Source: Trichosphaerium sp. ATCC 40318
Taxonomy: Eukaryota; Protista; Tubulinea
NCBI GenBank assembly: GCA_038496445.1
Contig: JALMLS010000626.1
Span: forward strand, 10,675-74,674
DNA length: 64,000 bases
Reading direction: 5' to 3'
The notes beneath the pieces were generated by a model, which ran no database searches, was not told the origin of the DNA, and worked only from the letters and a program-made list of their open reading frames with translations. Below, in pieces: positions 11,909 through 25,800 of the stretch. The position numbers were made by a program, and so were the translations under genes. Position 1 is the first letter of the stretch. Each line of letters begins with the position of its first letter.

Positions 11909-13594
11909 ATGTCACTTTCTTTGTTCTTGTTGAAGAACGCTGGAGCCAGCGACAAAGCAGAAGAGTCATGGACAGAAAAATTGGGAATAAAAGAGTTACG
12001 TACTCCAATGGCTTGGACGCCTAAAGATCAAGCCAACCAGATGGAAGAGTTCTTCGAGATAGATGTTTTAGCTGAGGAAGAGAAAATGAGGAAAAAGAAG
12101 ATGAAAAGGCCTCGAGTTAACTACGAGGAGGATATTGACGCGCTTAACCTAATTCCACCAAAGAGAAAGCTTGAAGAAACTCAAAATGCTCAAGACGACG
12201 CTAAGACGCCACAAATCGATACACCACCGGCAAAAAAACAAAAATTAAACCCAGTAGAAGAAGAAAGAATGTTAAAAGCTATGGCAGTCCTTGAACGCGC
12301 AGAGGAAATAAAAATGATGCCAGAGGACACCCAAGCAGCAGCTACAAAGAAGGATCGAGACAAGCGCAGTTTATTCGTTGGTAATGTACCATATCACACC
12401 AGAATTGGCGAATTAAAGAGTGTACTGGATAAGTATGGACAAATTGAGAATATTAAATTTATAAACGTCCCATTCTTCCACTCACGCGAAATTCAAAAGT
12501 ACGTCCAACCAATGCAATAACGAGCACCTCTTGTTCAAAAAAATGCTTACAATTTTTTGTAGAGTTGATGCTGAGCTTAAAAAGTCAGTTACAAAAGATG
12601 CTATTGTGCGATACTATGAAGAAGAAGCAGCATTAAAGACTGTTGGTACATCAAAGCCTTTCTTTGTAAACAAAGAGAAATTGAGATTGGATAAAGCAGT
12701 ACCAGACGTATGATTCGTCGTTATGCGTTTTTTTTGATGTGCTAACATTGTACTAGACAAAATCGTTTAGATGCGCTGTATTCATTGGTGGTCTACCACC
12801 ACAAGCATCAGAGACAGTAGTACACTCTTTATTCACTCAATGTGGTAAGGTTAGTGAGGTTAAACTAAAGCGTGATAAAAGATACCGCGTTTGTGATGGA
12901 TATGGACATATCATCTTCAAGGTAATTAGGAAAAAAAACTTTGAAAAAAAAAAAAAACTAAAACCTCCACGACGCATACCTATCCATCTAAGTACTAAAA
13001 CCATTTTAGAAAAAGACATCGGTTGAAAAAGCTTTAGATCTACATATGGAGTACGTATATACACATACACATTAGAAACACGCTAGTGTGGTTCAAGATC
13101 TTTTTTTTGTTCATTTTTTTTTTTTAGACTTGAGTATCCGGGAACAAGATACAGATTACGTATATCTCGATACAAGCAATCCCCAGCAGCTGCTTTAAGT
13201 GGTAGAAATATGAAAAACATGACTAAAAATGAAAGAAGACAGATTAATGAATTAACAGGCAAAGGACCACAAAGACAATCACGTACGACTTTTCTTCGGA
13301 GTTTTTTTTTGCTTCACGTTTTTGAGTTAACGGACTTTTTTAGGGTGGACGCCTGGAGATGGTAAAAATGCCCGCGACGCCGGTAAAGGACACTACGAAA
13401 AGTGGTATGGTGCAAAGAAGAGAAACCATAATAATTCAGGTACAGAAATGGTTTTTTGTTTCCTCATTTCATACCACCTTTGTTCTTGCCTGTTGTTAAC
13501 CAATGGTTTATTAGGAGGACAAGATAGAAGAAGAGGTAGTGGTCCTAGAAAATACAAGGGTAAACGTAGGCTCAATAACCCAGTGGTCTTGTAG
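11909..13594 (+). CDS. Two-RRM nucleolar RNA-binding protein (Nop12/RBM34-like)
   Basis: RSLFVGNVP (RRM1), AVFIGGLP..CGKVSEVKLKRD..DGYGHIIF (RRM2); acidic/basic N-terminus and basic tail. Confidence 0.75.
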
Positions 13595-13783
13595 AAACAA
13601 AAAATATGACAATACAAAATACTTTAATTGTATTTCCTTGTTATTAGTGTCTTGCTACATGAAGTTTACAAAGATTCATCGCCATCATGCACTACCAATT
13701 CGAACTTTTACTGGTTAAATCTCCAACTGTGAGGGGCATCAGGGTACTCAGAAAGGTATTTTTTTTGTTCCTTGTTGTTTATT

Positions 13784-15281
13784 TTACAGTGAAAAGTTAA
13801 GCAATTTTGTTAATTGCTCGTTATGGTAAGGAACAAACTGATGACAAGGTGTTATCAAGTAGTTCTCGTAAATACAATTAATAGCCTCAAACTGGCAATA
13901 TGCAGCTGAACAGACACATAAGTGCCAAATTTGGTGAGAGTTGAACTACAAACAAAACTTAGCAAAAAGATGACATGCGAAAGTTGAGCGTACAAAGTAA
14001 TCAAAGTTACCAGGATAAAATCTTTCAGGTATATGAAGGAGGTATAATACAACACCTCCACCATAAAATAAGTACATTAACCCAAAATAACCTCCACCAC
14101 TCATGTGACCACTTGGGAACAAAACATAAGCGTGCACCATAACTAGCACTCCTTAAACAAAAATAAGCTTCACGTGCGCTGTTGTCAAAAGCAATAAACA
14201 AGAAGAGTATCGTTACCTGACGCGCCGTGGAATATGTTTAAACCCATCCTAATCCCAGCGTATTTGCCAGTGCTAAAAATTGGGAAAAAAGGCCTAAAAA
14301 AAAGAAAATTGATTTAGCGTTAAAGATGACTATATGGCATTGTTTGGTACACTATAATAGAGGCAAGGCCAATTGATGAGAACATAATCGTGTAGAACAC
14401 TGTAAAAGTGGTAAGTAACAGCAACCTTTTATGGCAAACAAAACAATTTTATAAACAAAATGCTGGCACTTTGGGATTTCCCAAAAGCTCATACTATACC
14501 GAGAATGTATTACAACAACTCAATAAAATGTGTTCATACGTACTCATCCAGTTTGGAATGCAATGAAAGCCAAAATATACAGGTGGATAAAAACTTGCTG
14601 AAACTAGACGAAGAAAGAAGTTAGACAAAAGCTTCTTGTTAGGGTTCATGGGTACGTACCCAGAACGCCAATACCACAATAATCCAATGTAGCCGTTGTC
14701 TTAAAAATGTGTTTGGAGTGACAGTGGAAAGTATGATACAACACGGAACAGCAAAGTGTCACCTTGAAAGTAAATGAGAAAAAATTCAAAAGTAACGTTT
14801 TGACATGCGTCACTTACCATTGTCCCGGATAAATATATTGCGTATAGACCTCTTGTAATGGCGTTCGCACCAACCAATTGAGTATTAAACACGTGCCATG
14901 CAAGCACAGAAAAAAATAAAATACCGCCCAAATGTGTCCATATGTTGCCCGTTTCATTGTGTATTCTGAATATCGACTGCAAACAAAGTTTGAAGCTAAA
15001 ATAGCGGCGATAACCTGTAAAAGTACTTAGTCGCGTATACTATGTATGAAATGGTTGTAATACACCTCTTATCGCTAAGGAATAGGTTTTTACGCTTGTT
15101 ACGTACCTGTAAGAATATGTTCATAGCGGCAACCAGGAGGCACTTGCCAGTACGTGTGTAGTTCGAATTTAGATGTTTTTCCTTCCTTTTGAGGATCAAA
15201 GTCGCTACACGCGCACTGAATATTGCTAATCGCCGGCCCATGTTGTTGTAAACGCGTTCGCGTTGTTTTACGATTTTTCAT
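13784..15281 (-). CDS. PAQR/adiponectin-receptor (haemolysin III) family 7TM protein
   Basis: SIFRIHNETGNIWTH, LDYCGI, IPERFYPGNFDY, SHQIWH motifs. Confidence 0.93.
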
Positions 15282-15900
15282 AGCTCACCAAAGTGTTAAT
15301 TATTAATTTTGAATATTTTTCAATTTTTTCAGTTTGATGCTGTGTGCAAAAAAAAGTATCAGAGGCTTTTCGCGGCATGGTAAACATTCTGTAACGATAC
15401 ACCTAGTACTGTTAAACGATAGCCGACGTATAAACACAGTATAACGTTATCGACCCTAATTACGACCGCGTATTCCGGTGACATTTTAATAAAGTTCTCT
15501 ACCGTCTTTTAATGTTGGTTGTACGGAATATTGTGGAATGTCATCGGAGCACACGGTCCTTTTCAGATTAAAATTAGGGGCTGAAAAAAACACTTGACCA
15601 AATTAGTACAAGCAAATCGTACTGGGGTGTTATCTTCTAGTATAATCATATTACATCATTTAGAACCGAAAACATCGGAGTCTACGATTGTAATCGTACG
15701 TTTTTGTTTTGAAATAAAAAAACGTTAAGAAAAGTGCTTCTAGCGCTCTACTAGACCACTAAAATACAACCCAATCACTTTTAGTGAACCAAAAAAAAAG
15801 CAAAAAAAACGGCCATTTGATTTTAAAATTAATGTAATTTCGTACATATTTTTTTTACAGCAAAGGAAGAAACGGAGTTACTTCGGTTCCGGTCTGTTTC

Positions 15901-17848
15901 ATGGCTTCCTCTATTGAAAGCTTGGGTAACAGATTGTTATATCCTCAAACCTCTAGTTCGGAGCGGCGCAATAGCCTAGTGTTAATACCAGGTTTGTTAA
16001 CGGGTGTATACGATAGCCATCTAAATACTTTAGCTCCATGTAAGCCAACGCCAGCTACTTCCTCGCAGATCGTAGCCCCAGGCTCACCACAAATACAAAA
16101 AGCGCAACCTACGCAACCTAAAGAAAGTTCTAGCAGTCGGCATGTCACACAAATCAATTTAAAACAAAAACAAACAAAACAATTCTTGCTTTACTAATTT
16201 TTTCATCACGTTACCGGTTTCTAACTACCCTATAGCTCTAGAAGTACCAAGGAGACTACAACGAAAAAACGCAAACAAGTTCGGAAAGCTTGCGTGCCTT
16301 GTCGAAGAGCGCATGCAGGTTGTGATGAAACTAGACCTTGTAAGCGATGCGTAAGGTTAGGTGTACAAGACTGCGTCGACCACGTCCGGAAAAAGCGGAG
16401 ATACTTTCGTTGTCAACCTACACCACAGGAGAAGCATTCAGCGTTCAGTGCGTGGAAGAACAAAAACGTTTTTTTATTTTCTTTCCGAATGGAGGCATCA
16501 ATGTTTTTTTGATAATACTTCTACGTCTTCTCATTCGCGTTTTATACGTCCGTAACGCACGGACGCCAATTTTCCGGTATCGCCTTGGGCTTGATTTTTT
16601 TCGAAATTCGCTCCAATTTATTCTAAAATGCGAATCTACGCAAAAAATGCTATTATGTGCCGTTTTATCACTTGCTAGCATTTCTATGACTGACCACTAA
16701 CAAAAAATCTTAGAACCTCCTCCATTTGACCCTAACAGCGTTCAAGATGCTGGAAGACCAAGGAACTATGGGGACAGCGGCTTTCTACCAACACCACAGA
16801 CCTTTACAGCAGCACAACTCAAAGAAATCATAGATCCTATAAACGCAAAAGTGCAAACTATATATCGTGATTTAATGACATTAAAGACCGAATTACAACG
16901 CGAAAGACAAAAGTCACATCAACTCGAGCTAAAAGTTCTTGACCTGGAAGAAAGGAGTTTTAACGCTCCAGAGGATCGTACGTTAACCTATTTACGCTTT
17001 ATTCTTCTCGTTATTATAATTCTTGACGCATTGATTCGTGAATCGTGATCATACGCTTCGTTTTGTACTATGTATGCGCTGTATAAGCTAATTCTTTTAT
17101 TTATTAGTCGCTAAAGCAAAATGGAGAATATCAAATAGAATGCTTGTCGAGTATACCCCTAAATTCAAGTCTATGCTTGGTTACTCTAAAGAACGCTTAG
17201 ATAATTTTAGTTGCCACGATCTTTTTCCACCGTACGTTATTATAAAGAAGGCCAGGCCGGGGTTTTTTTTATCGCATTTTTTTTTCGCTTCAGTTGTTCT
17301 TTTTGGGATGTTTTTCCGCTTTGGTGGCCACTTGTTTTAGCTAACTCGTGAATATAGAGATTTTCAACCGTTTGCGGATCGTTGCTATCAGCAAATGAGA
17401 AATATGTTAGAGCAAGGTATTCCAGCAACATTAACAACAGAAATGCTGTTTGTCACGAGTAAAGGTGATATTGTTCATGTACGCTTTAGGATACTAACCA
17501 GATGTGTTTTTTTTTCTTTTTTTCAAATCTCAGAAAATTTTTATTTGTCAATAGAGACTTTTTCTGTTTTTTGTTTCTTTTGCCCTTGCTCTTTCTCATT
17601 TTTTAAAATAGGTTGGTGTAACATGTAACATCGAGAATCAGGATGGCGTACCAGTTTATTACGTTATGACTATTAAATTTATTGGCTTGCCAAATGCAGC
17701 AGTAAGATTTTTTTGAAGTTTTTTTTTTGTAACATTTTGTTGTTAAAATTTTTATCAGCAAGTCAACCGTATTGTCGCCGGAGAAGCGGATATTTTCAGA
17801 CAGTATTTAATGGAAGGCGATACACCCACTCTTCCTGGTGCCTTGTAA
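15901..17848 (+). CDS. Zn(II)2Cys6 transcription factor with coiled coil and C-terminal PAS-like domain
   Basis: KACVPCRRAHAGCDETRPCKRCVRLGVQDCVD; coiled coil LMTLKTELQRERQKSHQLELKVLDLE; PAS-like FKSMLGYSKERL..CHDLFPP. Confidence 0.88.
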
Positions 17849-18206
17849 ATTAAAAAGTGTAAAATAAGATAATTAGACTTCAACGCTCAACAACAAACAT
17901 AACGCATTTCTTAATCAACTCCGAACAATTGACTTATTTGTTCTTTGCTAAAGTACAACATACTCTATGTTTACACTTATTCCTTACATTATAATCACGT
18001 GCGCTGAGCAGTTTGGTATTTCTCCGTGTGACACGGCTGCCTGATCTACCGTATACGTAGGTATAGCTTTAGATTACACCTTTTAGTGGTACAGACAAAA
18101 ATGGAGGCCAAACTGCGAACTTGTTTCATAGTAACATGAAATTTGTTACTCAGCAAAAGTTCTTGAAAGGTCAGGTTTTTTTAGTTCTGTTACTATAAAA
18201 CTACCA

Positions 18207-18728
18207 ATGGAGTCAGCAGGGAAGAAAAGAAAGATAGATTGTACGCGCGAAAGGTTTCTGTGCTCACCATTACTGAAAATAGCGAAAAATGCGCGTTTAA
18301 TAGCTGCTTGTATCTATTTGTAACTGTTGTATACGATATTGTCGCACTACACTACAAAATACCCTTAACTATTATTAGTGGCATCTATGCATGATAAAAT
18401 GCACATTGAAGGTAGCATAACTACCATTTCTGCTGATGTAACAAATTACGTTTATATTTCACTCAAATCAGGTGAAACCCTCGGTACGCGTTATTATAGA
18501 TTGTGTTTTGGCGTCGTAGATCGTCAAACATCAAAAAAGCACAATTGTAAAACAAGAACTAAGTTTTGGACTTTAGGCTTTCGAGGAGACATAAACAAGC
18601 AGCTTGCACGTATTGTATACAAAGCCTTTGAAAAAGGATGGCGTGCAACTTTTCTCATAAAACAACCACCTGTCAACACCCACGGCAAAGATTATTATCC
18701 TCTGTTGAGTATTGCTTTACAAAGATAA
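18207..18728 (+). CDS. Small hypothetical protein with N-terminal NLS-like KKRK
   Basis: MESAGKKRKID exon plus a 116 aa open exon joined by a GT-AG intron. Confidence 0.55.
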
Positions 18729-18826
18729 AATGTACAAAGTTTTTGTAAAATTGGTGCTGTACATGCCAGCCTTAACATGTTACGAAGTTAAGTTGTACTT
18801 GTGGATAAACTCAGAAAATTACAACA

Positions 18827-19570
18827 ATGCTTAGTAGACTAGCGTGGAGAGCAAATATAGCGTCAAGCAGTCGTACCAATTTGTAAGAGTTAATACAAAC
18901 AAAAAGTGGCTACAATTCGATTTTAACCTCGTACTTTGCATTTTATAAGCTAATTAAGCTATACTGCCGACGTAATAACATAAAATTAGGCGTAGAAAGC
19001 AAACCCACAAAACTCAAACAAAACGCGTTGTTACCCTACGATTACCTGCTCGTGATTATTGTCTTGCGCATGGCACGCCTATTCCAGAGGTTAATGGTAT
19101 AGTGACATGTAGATGTAAACACAGCTTCCCAGGCGAAGGACAGATGTGGGTAACAGCCCCAATGAACATGTGTGGCGCGCCTGGATGCCCTAATCCGAAT
19201 TATTTTATCGATGAATCAATTAAAAAGCATGGTTCACTTGCAGCAGCTCGTCAAGCAGTGTTTATTGAAGGTAATGCCTCAAAGAAAAAAGAAGAAACAA
19301 AAGCATTGGGCAAAGGTGGAGACAATGTAATAAGTATTGGTGAAGCTACTGAGGAGGAAAAGATACAAATTAGAAAACAAGCCTTGGAAGCAGAGGCAAA
19401 GGAAAAAGCAAGTTTAGATGCTGTTGTTGTAAAAAAGAAGAAGAAAGTCAAGAAGAAAAAAATAAGAAAATTAAAAGATTCAAACGTGTAGAAAAAAACA
19501 AAGTGTCAGTGTGCGTGAGCACCTCTTTTTTAGTTATTTTATTGATAACTTTTCTCAGAGTGAGAATTGA
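18827..19570 (+). CDS. Hypothetical protein with presequence-like N-terminus, Cys-rich motif and Lys/Glu-rich tail
   Basis: MLSRLAWRANIASSSRTNL| spliced in frame to ..DYCLAH..TCRCKH..MCGAPGCPNPNY.. Confidence 0.6.
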
Positions 19571-19719
19571 CATTAGTGAATTTCTCATATACTAACATAG
19601 TGTTGATGTATAAAGCATTTATTGAATTGCTTACAGGTTATTTCTTGCAAGCACAACTACAACATTGTTGTACAACTTTTCCGTAAAAGGGCCTGTTGTG
19701 GAAACAAGTGTTTTCAATT

Positions 19720-21879
19720 TTACTCTGCTTTATTGTAGATCCAAGCGCGGCTTTCAATTGCTTCCTCACGTGCAGGAGAAGCAGTTATCTCTGTAATAAG
19801 TGATTTTACCTCGTCTCCTGTCATGGTTTTTTTGATTGTAGCGTGAGCTTTAATCTTTGGGAATATCCTTTTTTGTAACGTTAGTGTGATGTGACAGGGA
19901 GTGACAAAAAACGCCAGAAACAGGGTGAAGTTTTTTCTTCTTCTTCGTTTTCTACTTCACAAAAAACCCAAATTGAGTTCTAGTGACGCCATAGAGATAA
20001 GAAGACATATGAAGTGTTTTAAATGATAATGGCGAGAAAATTTCTTCAGGAGATAAAAACCCCACTCAGTTAAAATGAACGCACCTGACTAAATCCATCT
20101 TCCTTGGAATCTTGCTCTTATCTATGACAATAATACGTTTTCCGTTAAATTTACTGACTTCTGATGGTACACCATCGTCCCATAGCCAATGTGAGGCGCC
20201 TTTATTGTCTCTAGACATAACATTAAGATAATTCTGTATGCCTTTTTTTTTGATTTTTTTCATTCAAACAAAAGCAATGGATATGACGTACAGTGGGAAG
20301 ATTGTAGTTTTTTGAAGAATTGTCCAGTTAGCCATAGTAAGTGAGTATATGTAGAATAAGCCTGGTATTTTCTGAGGACCTTCTCCTTGTAAAACCTAAT
20401 AAAGAAAATTAGTATTTCTGTACAAAGCTTAGAGCTTAAGGTGACGTGCCTTCACACCGCGTGCAGGTATCAATGGACCACCAATGGATTTGTCAGCAGT
20501 TTGTATAGCATTGGTAATCAGGGCATAGAGTTGTCCGTTTGTTGCAATACCACTGATATCGATATTCCAACCTTGGTGAGGACTACTGTAAGCAACAAGT
20601 ACTGACGTGGCACATGTGCAAAAAAAAAATCAAGTTTTTTTTACCTTTGTTTTGTGCAGGGTATAATACGGTTATTTCTTCATCTAAGATATTGGCCAAT
20701 TGGTATATCATAGCAGTCTTTTTTAGAAATCTCATAGGACGTGCGCAGTTCTGTATTTCTTCATCTCTAAAAAAACACGAAGAAATCAGTTAAAATGAAC
20801 AAAAAAAAAAAAAAAGAAAAAAAAGAAGCTCGAATTCGATTTTTTCCTACAGCCCCACACTACCAAACAACGCTGTTACTACCACAAGCGTATGTAATAA
20901 ACCCATATATACACCACAGTACCATATATATATGGTAGTACGACGTAGGGAATAGTAGATCAGTAAACTGTTGAAAAAATGTCTACAAAAAAAAAAGTTT
21001 TACTAACGTACCCACGAATTATCTTACGAGCCATAGGGCTCTCTAAAATAGCAGCTGTTGGAGCTGACATACCAAACAAGAATTCGCTGACACCCTCAGC
21101 GAGGTCTATGCCGTAGTTTGTACATAGTTCCTTGTATTTGTCATAAAGGGTCTTTGGTGCTTCGTTTAATGCTTGCGTAGACTCCGTTAGTACAAAGCGA
21201 AGCAACTCAGCGTATTCGTTTGCAAGTTCTACTGGAACCTCAGCGTTTTCTAATAGTTTTTAGCTAAAGAGCGCTGTTGTAGGTTAAATAATACTAAAGG
21301 AGTAAAGGAGCGCTAGGACTACCTTTGTGTTCATGTTTAAACAATACACTGAAGGGTTTGAGGAAAAAAGGAAAAATTCTCCGTTTGGCAAAATTTTTTA
21401 CAATTTTCTCGAGTCTGCAGTTCGCCTATGCTATAAAAATGCTTTGGCGTAGTAGTACCATTGCCTCGCCCTTTGGTAAACTGCCCATACCTCGTTGAAT
21501 GCAAGCCCCCATCATGTCCAACGTTGACAAGCAAAATCGCGTAAATTGCTGTACGACAACGCCAAAGTCCATTCCTTTTAAGTACAAGCTACTAAGTGTC
21601 AATTTTTTGTCATTGTTTTTGTCTCGCTGCGCGTACAGTTTTTTGATAGTGCGTGCAGCGACTATAGGCAAATAGTGTGGAGAATCAGGCTTCGGTAACT
21701 CCTCAGCACGTAGATCTTCGAAAAGCGAATAAATCTGTTGTAACAATGCCATTGTTGTTGTCCAGTTGAACCTTAGTACGTATGAGGTTATTCGACGCAT
21801 TTTGTCTTTTGGTGTACCTTGGGTCCTTTGCAGGCTGCTCTACAAGCTTGCATATTTGTTCCCATTTGTTCCCACTCAT
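19720..21879 (-). CDS. Conserved hypothetical protein resembling an actinobacterial/fungal family of unknown function
   Basis: Spliced ..ILDEEITVLYPAQNK|GWNIDISGIATNGQLYALI..WLWDDGVPSEVSKFNGKRIIVI.. Family resemblance is from memory only. Confidence 0.7.
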
Positions 21880-22825
21880 AGTTCACCGTTAAAAGTTGCG
21901 ATTAAGACTGCTGCACCTAAGTTGGGTTTTTAGTCTGCAAGTCATCGTGTCTAACCCGAACAATAATTCTCATGCTATGTGGTGTTGGGTATGATACATT
22001 AGGGTCTTGTAATAGTTCGCATTTGTTCACATTTGTTTCGAAAATATGGGAGTGGGAGCGAGTAGAGGCCCCTTGTTCGCTTTCGGTGGGGCCCGTCGCT
22101 TCCCTCGGGACAAGAATCCGACCTGCGCTCACAAACTATCAGCCATTGGTGGGTGTGACGTGAAATTTTGTAAAAAAATTCGAACTAAACGCCAACAAAA
22201 TATGCGAACAATCCCGGTTTACCATTTAATTCGAATACGTTTTAAAATGCAGTTTTTTGTTGTGAGCAAGTTATTTCTTGCAAGCACGAGACAAACTCGT
22301 GATTGTTTTGAGATAAAAGGAAAAAACCGAGAAATGTACTGAAATATACAGAAATTGAGAATCGAGAACAAATAGTCTATGACCTCTGAGAATGTAACTC
22401 GGCATGTATTATCTCGTCTTCGACCACAGATCCAAAGAGTCTCACAACATCAAAATCGTTAGTGTTTCAAACAAAGAATAGTATTTAGCCATTGCAGGTT
22501 GGGTGATCTAGGTATTCTATTTCTGTACTTGTGTTTGTGTGTTTTTTTCCAATAAATACAGCAATGATGAATACAAGGTGTTTGAATTCAAACTTACCTA
22601 ATGTTTTTGACCCAAATAAGTTTGGATTTGTCATGACAATATGATGAAGCTTTTTTCGTTCAAGGTGAGCGTACAAGTCCGACACTTTGTCATATTTATC
22701 CTTTGAATTCAATTAAAGAGCGTGTTTTGTAAGCCTTGATATTAAACAGGGCAACATCCACTTTTGTTTTGGTGTTGATTTTATTATTCATTTTGTACAG
22801 TTGTGTTTTTTTTTTTAAGTACAAG

Positions 22826-25800
22826 TTATTTTTTTTTGATTTTTGCCAGCAAAGCAGCACCTTTACATAGAATGTCAGTAAAAAATATCCAGAAACAAAA
22901 TTAAGTTACAAGAAAAAAAACTTACGCGCTCTAAAAACTTTGGATTGAAGGTAGTAGGAGCCGCCTTTTTCAGGGTCGTTTTTAGAATACAATTCAGTGT
23001 ATCTCTGCAATAAAGATTAGTTAAAGTGTAACAACAACAAAATCCAACAAACAATGATACTCGTAGTTTTAAAGGTTGAAAAAAAAACCCTACAGTTCTT
23101 TGGGGCACAAAGGATTCACGAACTTCGTTTAACATAGATGAACGTGCATCAGGTTTTTCCAGAAAAAAAAAAGGAAATGCATTGAATTAACGTTTCCAAC
23201 GAACCTTTTTAAGCAGTTCCTCTGTGATTTCTTCTCCAGGCTCAATACCCAGAATAGACATGGCATCATTAGGCTTCATCTCTTCACCTTTAAGTAAGCC
23301 ATCAGCTTCTTCTTCTTCAGGTGCGTCTTCAGCCGCTTCACCAGCTGCAGTATCAGCAGTGGCGGCTTCAGGCTCGTCTATTTCAACCTCGACTTCTTGT
23401 TCCTATTGAAGAAAAAAAAGATTAGATTTAAGACCAAACATAAATGAACAAAGCGATTATCACCAAAGAAAGAAAAAAATAAGAATACTTACCACTTCTT
23501 CCCACTCATATTCTCCTTCTTCAAGCTCATCCTCTTCGACAACAATGTCATCGATATTGATCTCTTCAAGCTCTATTTCTTCTTCAACTTCAATAGCAAT
23601 CTTTTCTTCATTGTCTGCCTTGTCAGCCTCTGGCTTAATCTTAACTCTGAATAAAGGATCTTTGGCTTCTAGATCAGCAAGCACCTCATCTACTGTCCGT
23701 TTAGTGTCTCCACTGGCTATCCGTTTAAATCTTGTTCTTTCATCCGCAGGATCTGGCCTTACCAGGGCTCCAAACCACATAATGATAGAGAAAGAAAACC
23801 TTTCAAACAATGATCCAAAAGTATTTGTAATTTGTGCCACTTGAAGGTCCTTCTTTTTCTCAGGTAGCTTTGTCTCATTCTCTGATGATACAACACCAGT
23901 TGGTGCCTGTGTAGATGCTGATGCAGTTTTGGTTTCAGGTTCAGAATCTGCAGCAGGAGTTTGATCTGAAGGCTTGTCAGACTTGTCTTCAGACTTCTTT
24001 TCAGCCGGTTTGTCACCTTCAGGCGCAGGTTGTTTAGGTTCTTCAGCTGCTACAGAAGGCTCAGATCCCTTGCCATCAGCTTTAGGAGGCGATGACACAA
24101 CTGTTTCTGCCTTATCTTCAGGTGTAGCTACATCATGTTTGGGCGTCTCGGGTTTAGGTGCCTTAGTTGCACTCTTTGATGTTTTTGGCTCGGTAGGAGC
24201 TTCCGCCTTTGTTTCCACCTTTGTATCAGTCTTTGTTTCAGTTTTGGGCGTAGGAGTAACCTTAGGCTTGTCTGGCTTGGCTTTATCTTCAGTTTGCTTT
24301 GAAGGTTCATCAGGTTTTGACTCTTCTTCCTTGCCTTCTTTCGGTTTTTCTTCTGACTTTTCACCGACATCGTCAACAGATTCTTCAGGTTTTGCTTCTT
24401 TTGCCTTGGCCTCTGCCTTAGCATGTTTTTGCCAGTCCGGTAGGTCTGCTTCAGCTTTTGCCTCAGCAGCTGCATTAGCCTGTTTTTGCCATTCTGGAAT
24501 TTCTTCTTCCTTTTCTTCCTCTTCAGGTAGATCAGGAAGGCCCATACGTTTCCGTTTAGCTCTAATCTTCTCCTTGTATACTTTTTCAGCTTTTTTCTTT
24601 AATTTCTCAAACATCATCTGGCGACCTATTCAAGGAAAGTGTCAGTTTTGAAATGAAAACTTTGGCTTTTTTTCTTTGTTCGTACGGGCTTCAAGTAACT
24701 CTTTCTTTTTGAGTTCCTTTTCCATTTTTTCTTGCTCTTTTGCTTTCTTTCTATCCTCTATTTCTTTACGCAATAACTCAAGCTCCATTTGTCTCTCTTC
24801 TATACGACGTTGCCTTAAAAGAAAAAAAAATTAGCCAAAAAAAAAAACAAACACAAAACGAAGAACTCTCTAAACCCAAACTTACTGAAAAGCTTCTTTT
24901 TCTTTCTCCGCTTGTTCAGCTTGCTTCCTAGCAAGTTCATCGATTATTTCATCTTCGGTCTTCTCTTCTTTACGTTGTTGAGCCTTCAGCTAAAGAAAAA
25001 GAAATTAAAAAAAAACCAACTTATGAAAGAATTTGAAAAAAAAACTACTAAACACGTACTGCGTCTTCCTTGGCTTGTTTCTCTTTAGCTTCCTTTTCCT
25101 TTTTTAGTTCCTTGTTAACTCTCTTATAAATACGATCCACCCTAAGCTCTGGGCTTTTAAGTGCTTTCTTTGCATCTTCAAGACGTTGCTGTTCTCTAGC
25201 CCGTTCGTCTTGCACCTTTTGATATGCCTTCACTAATTCTTCGTTCTGTTGGTCCTCTGGATCCTCTTCCAAACCTTTTCCATGTTCACGTTGCTCTTTA
25301 ATAGCATCAAGTTGACTTTGGTTGCGTTTTGCCAATATTCGCTTGACCTAAATTTACTACAATCAATACTGCATATTTACAGTAAAAAAAGCGTACCATC
25401 TTTTCTTTGAGCCTGACTTGTCTATAAGAAAAATCTTCACGCTCAAGTAGTTCTTCTAGCTGACTAGTAGCATCATGTCTAAACAAAAATTAACAACAAT
25501 CAAATAAAGAGAGAAAAAAAATTAACTAAAACCATTTATCAAGCAATACGTACCGCATGTCAGCTATGTCTCCAGTCAAATCAGACTTGTTGAGTATTTC
25601 TTCTAATTTTACAATCTCGTCTCCGAGCCTTGGGTAGATATTATTACGATAACATGAAAAGATAAAGCACTTGGCGTCAAGTCATGTTTTTTTGTTTGAA
25701 AACACAAAAAAAAAGTAAGATAAATTTCAGCGTACCCAACCCTGCCAAGGCCAGAAACAACAGCTGTTAACTTTGGTCCAAGATAGCGATTTACTTTTGT

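Noticed and set aside
22485-22791. Possible small spliced gene downstream of the Pam16-domain stop
   Set aside because: It would start ~35 bp after the previous stop, needs a weak GC donor and has no recognisable motif.
23224-24651. Ser/Ala-rich plus-strand ORFs (61, 99 and 225 aa)
   Set aside because: Antisense shadows of the low-complexity exons of the giant Pam16-domain gene.
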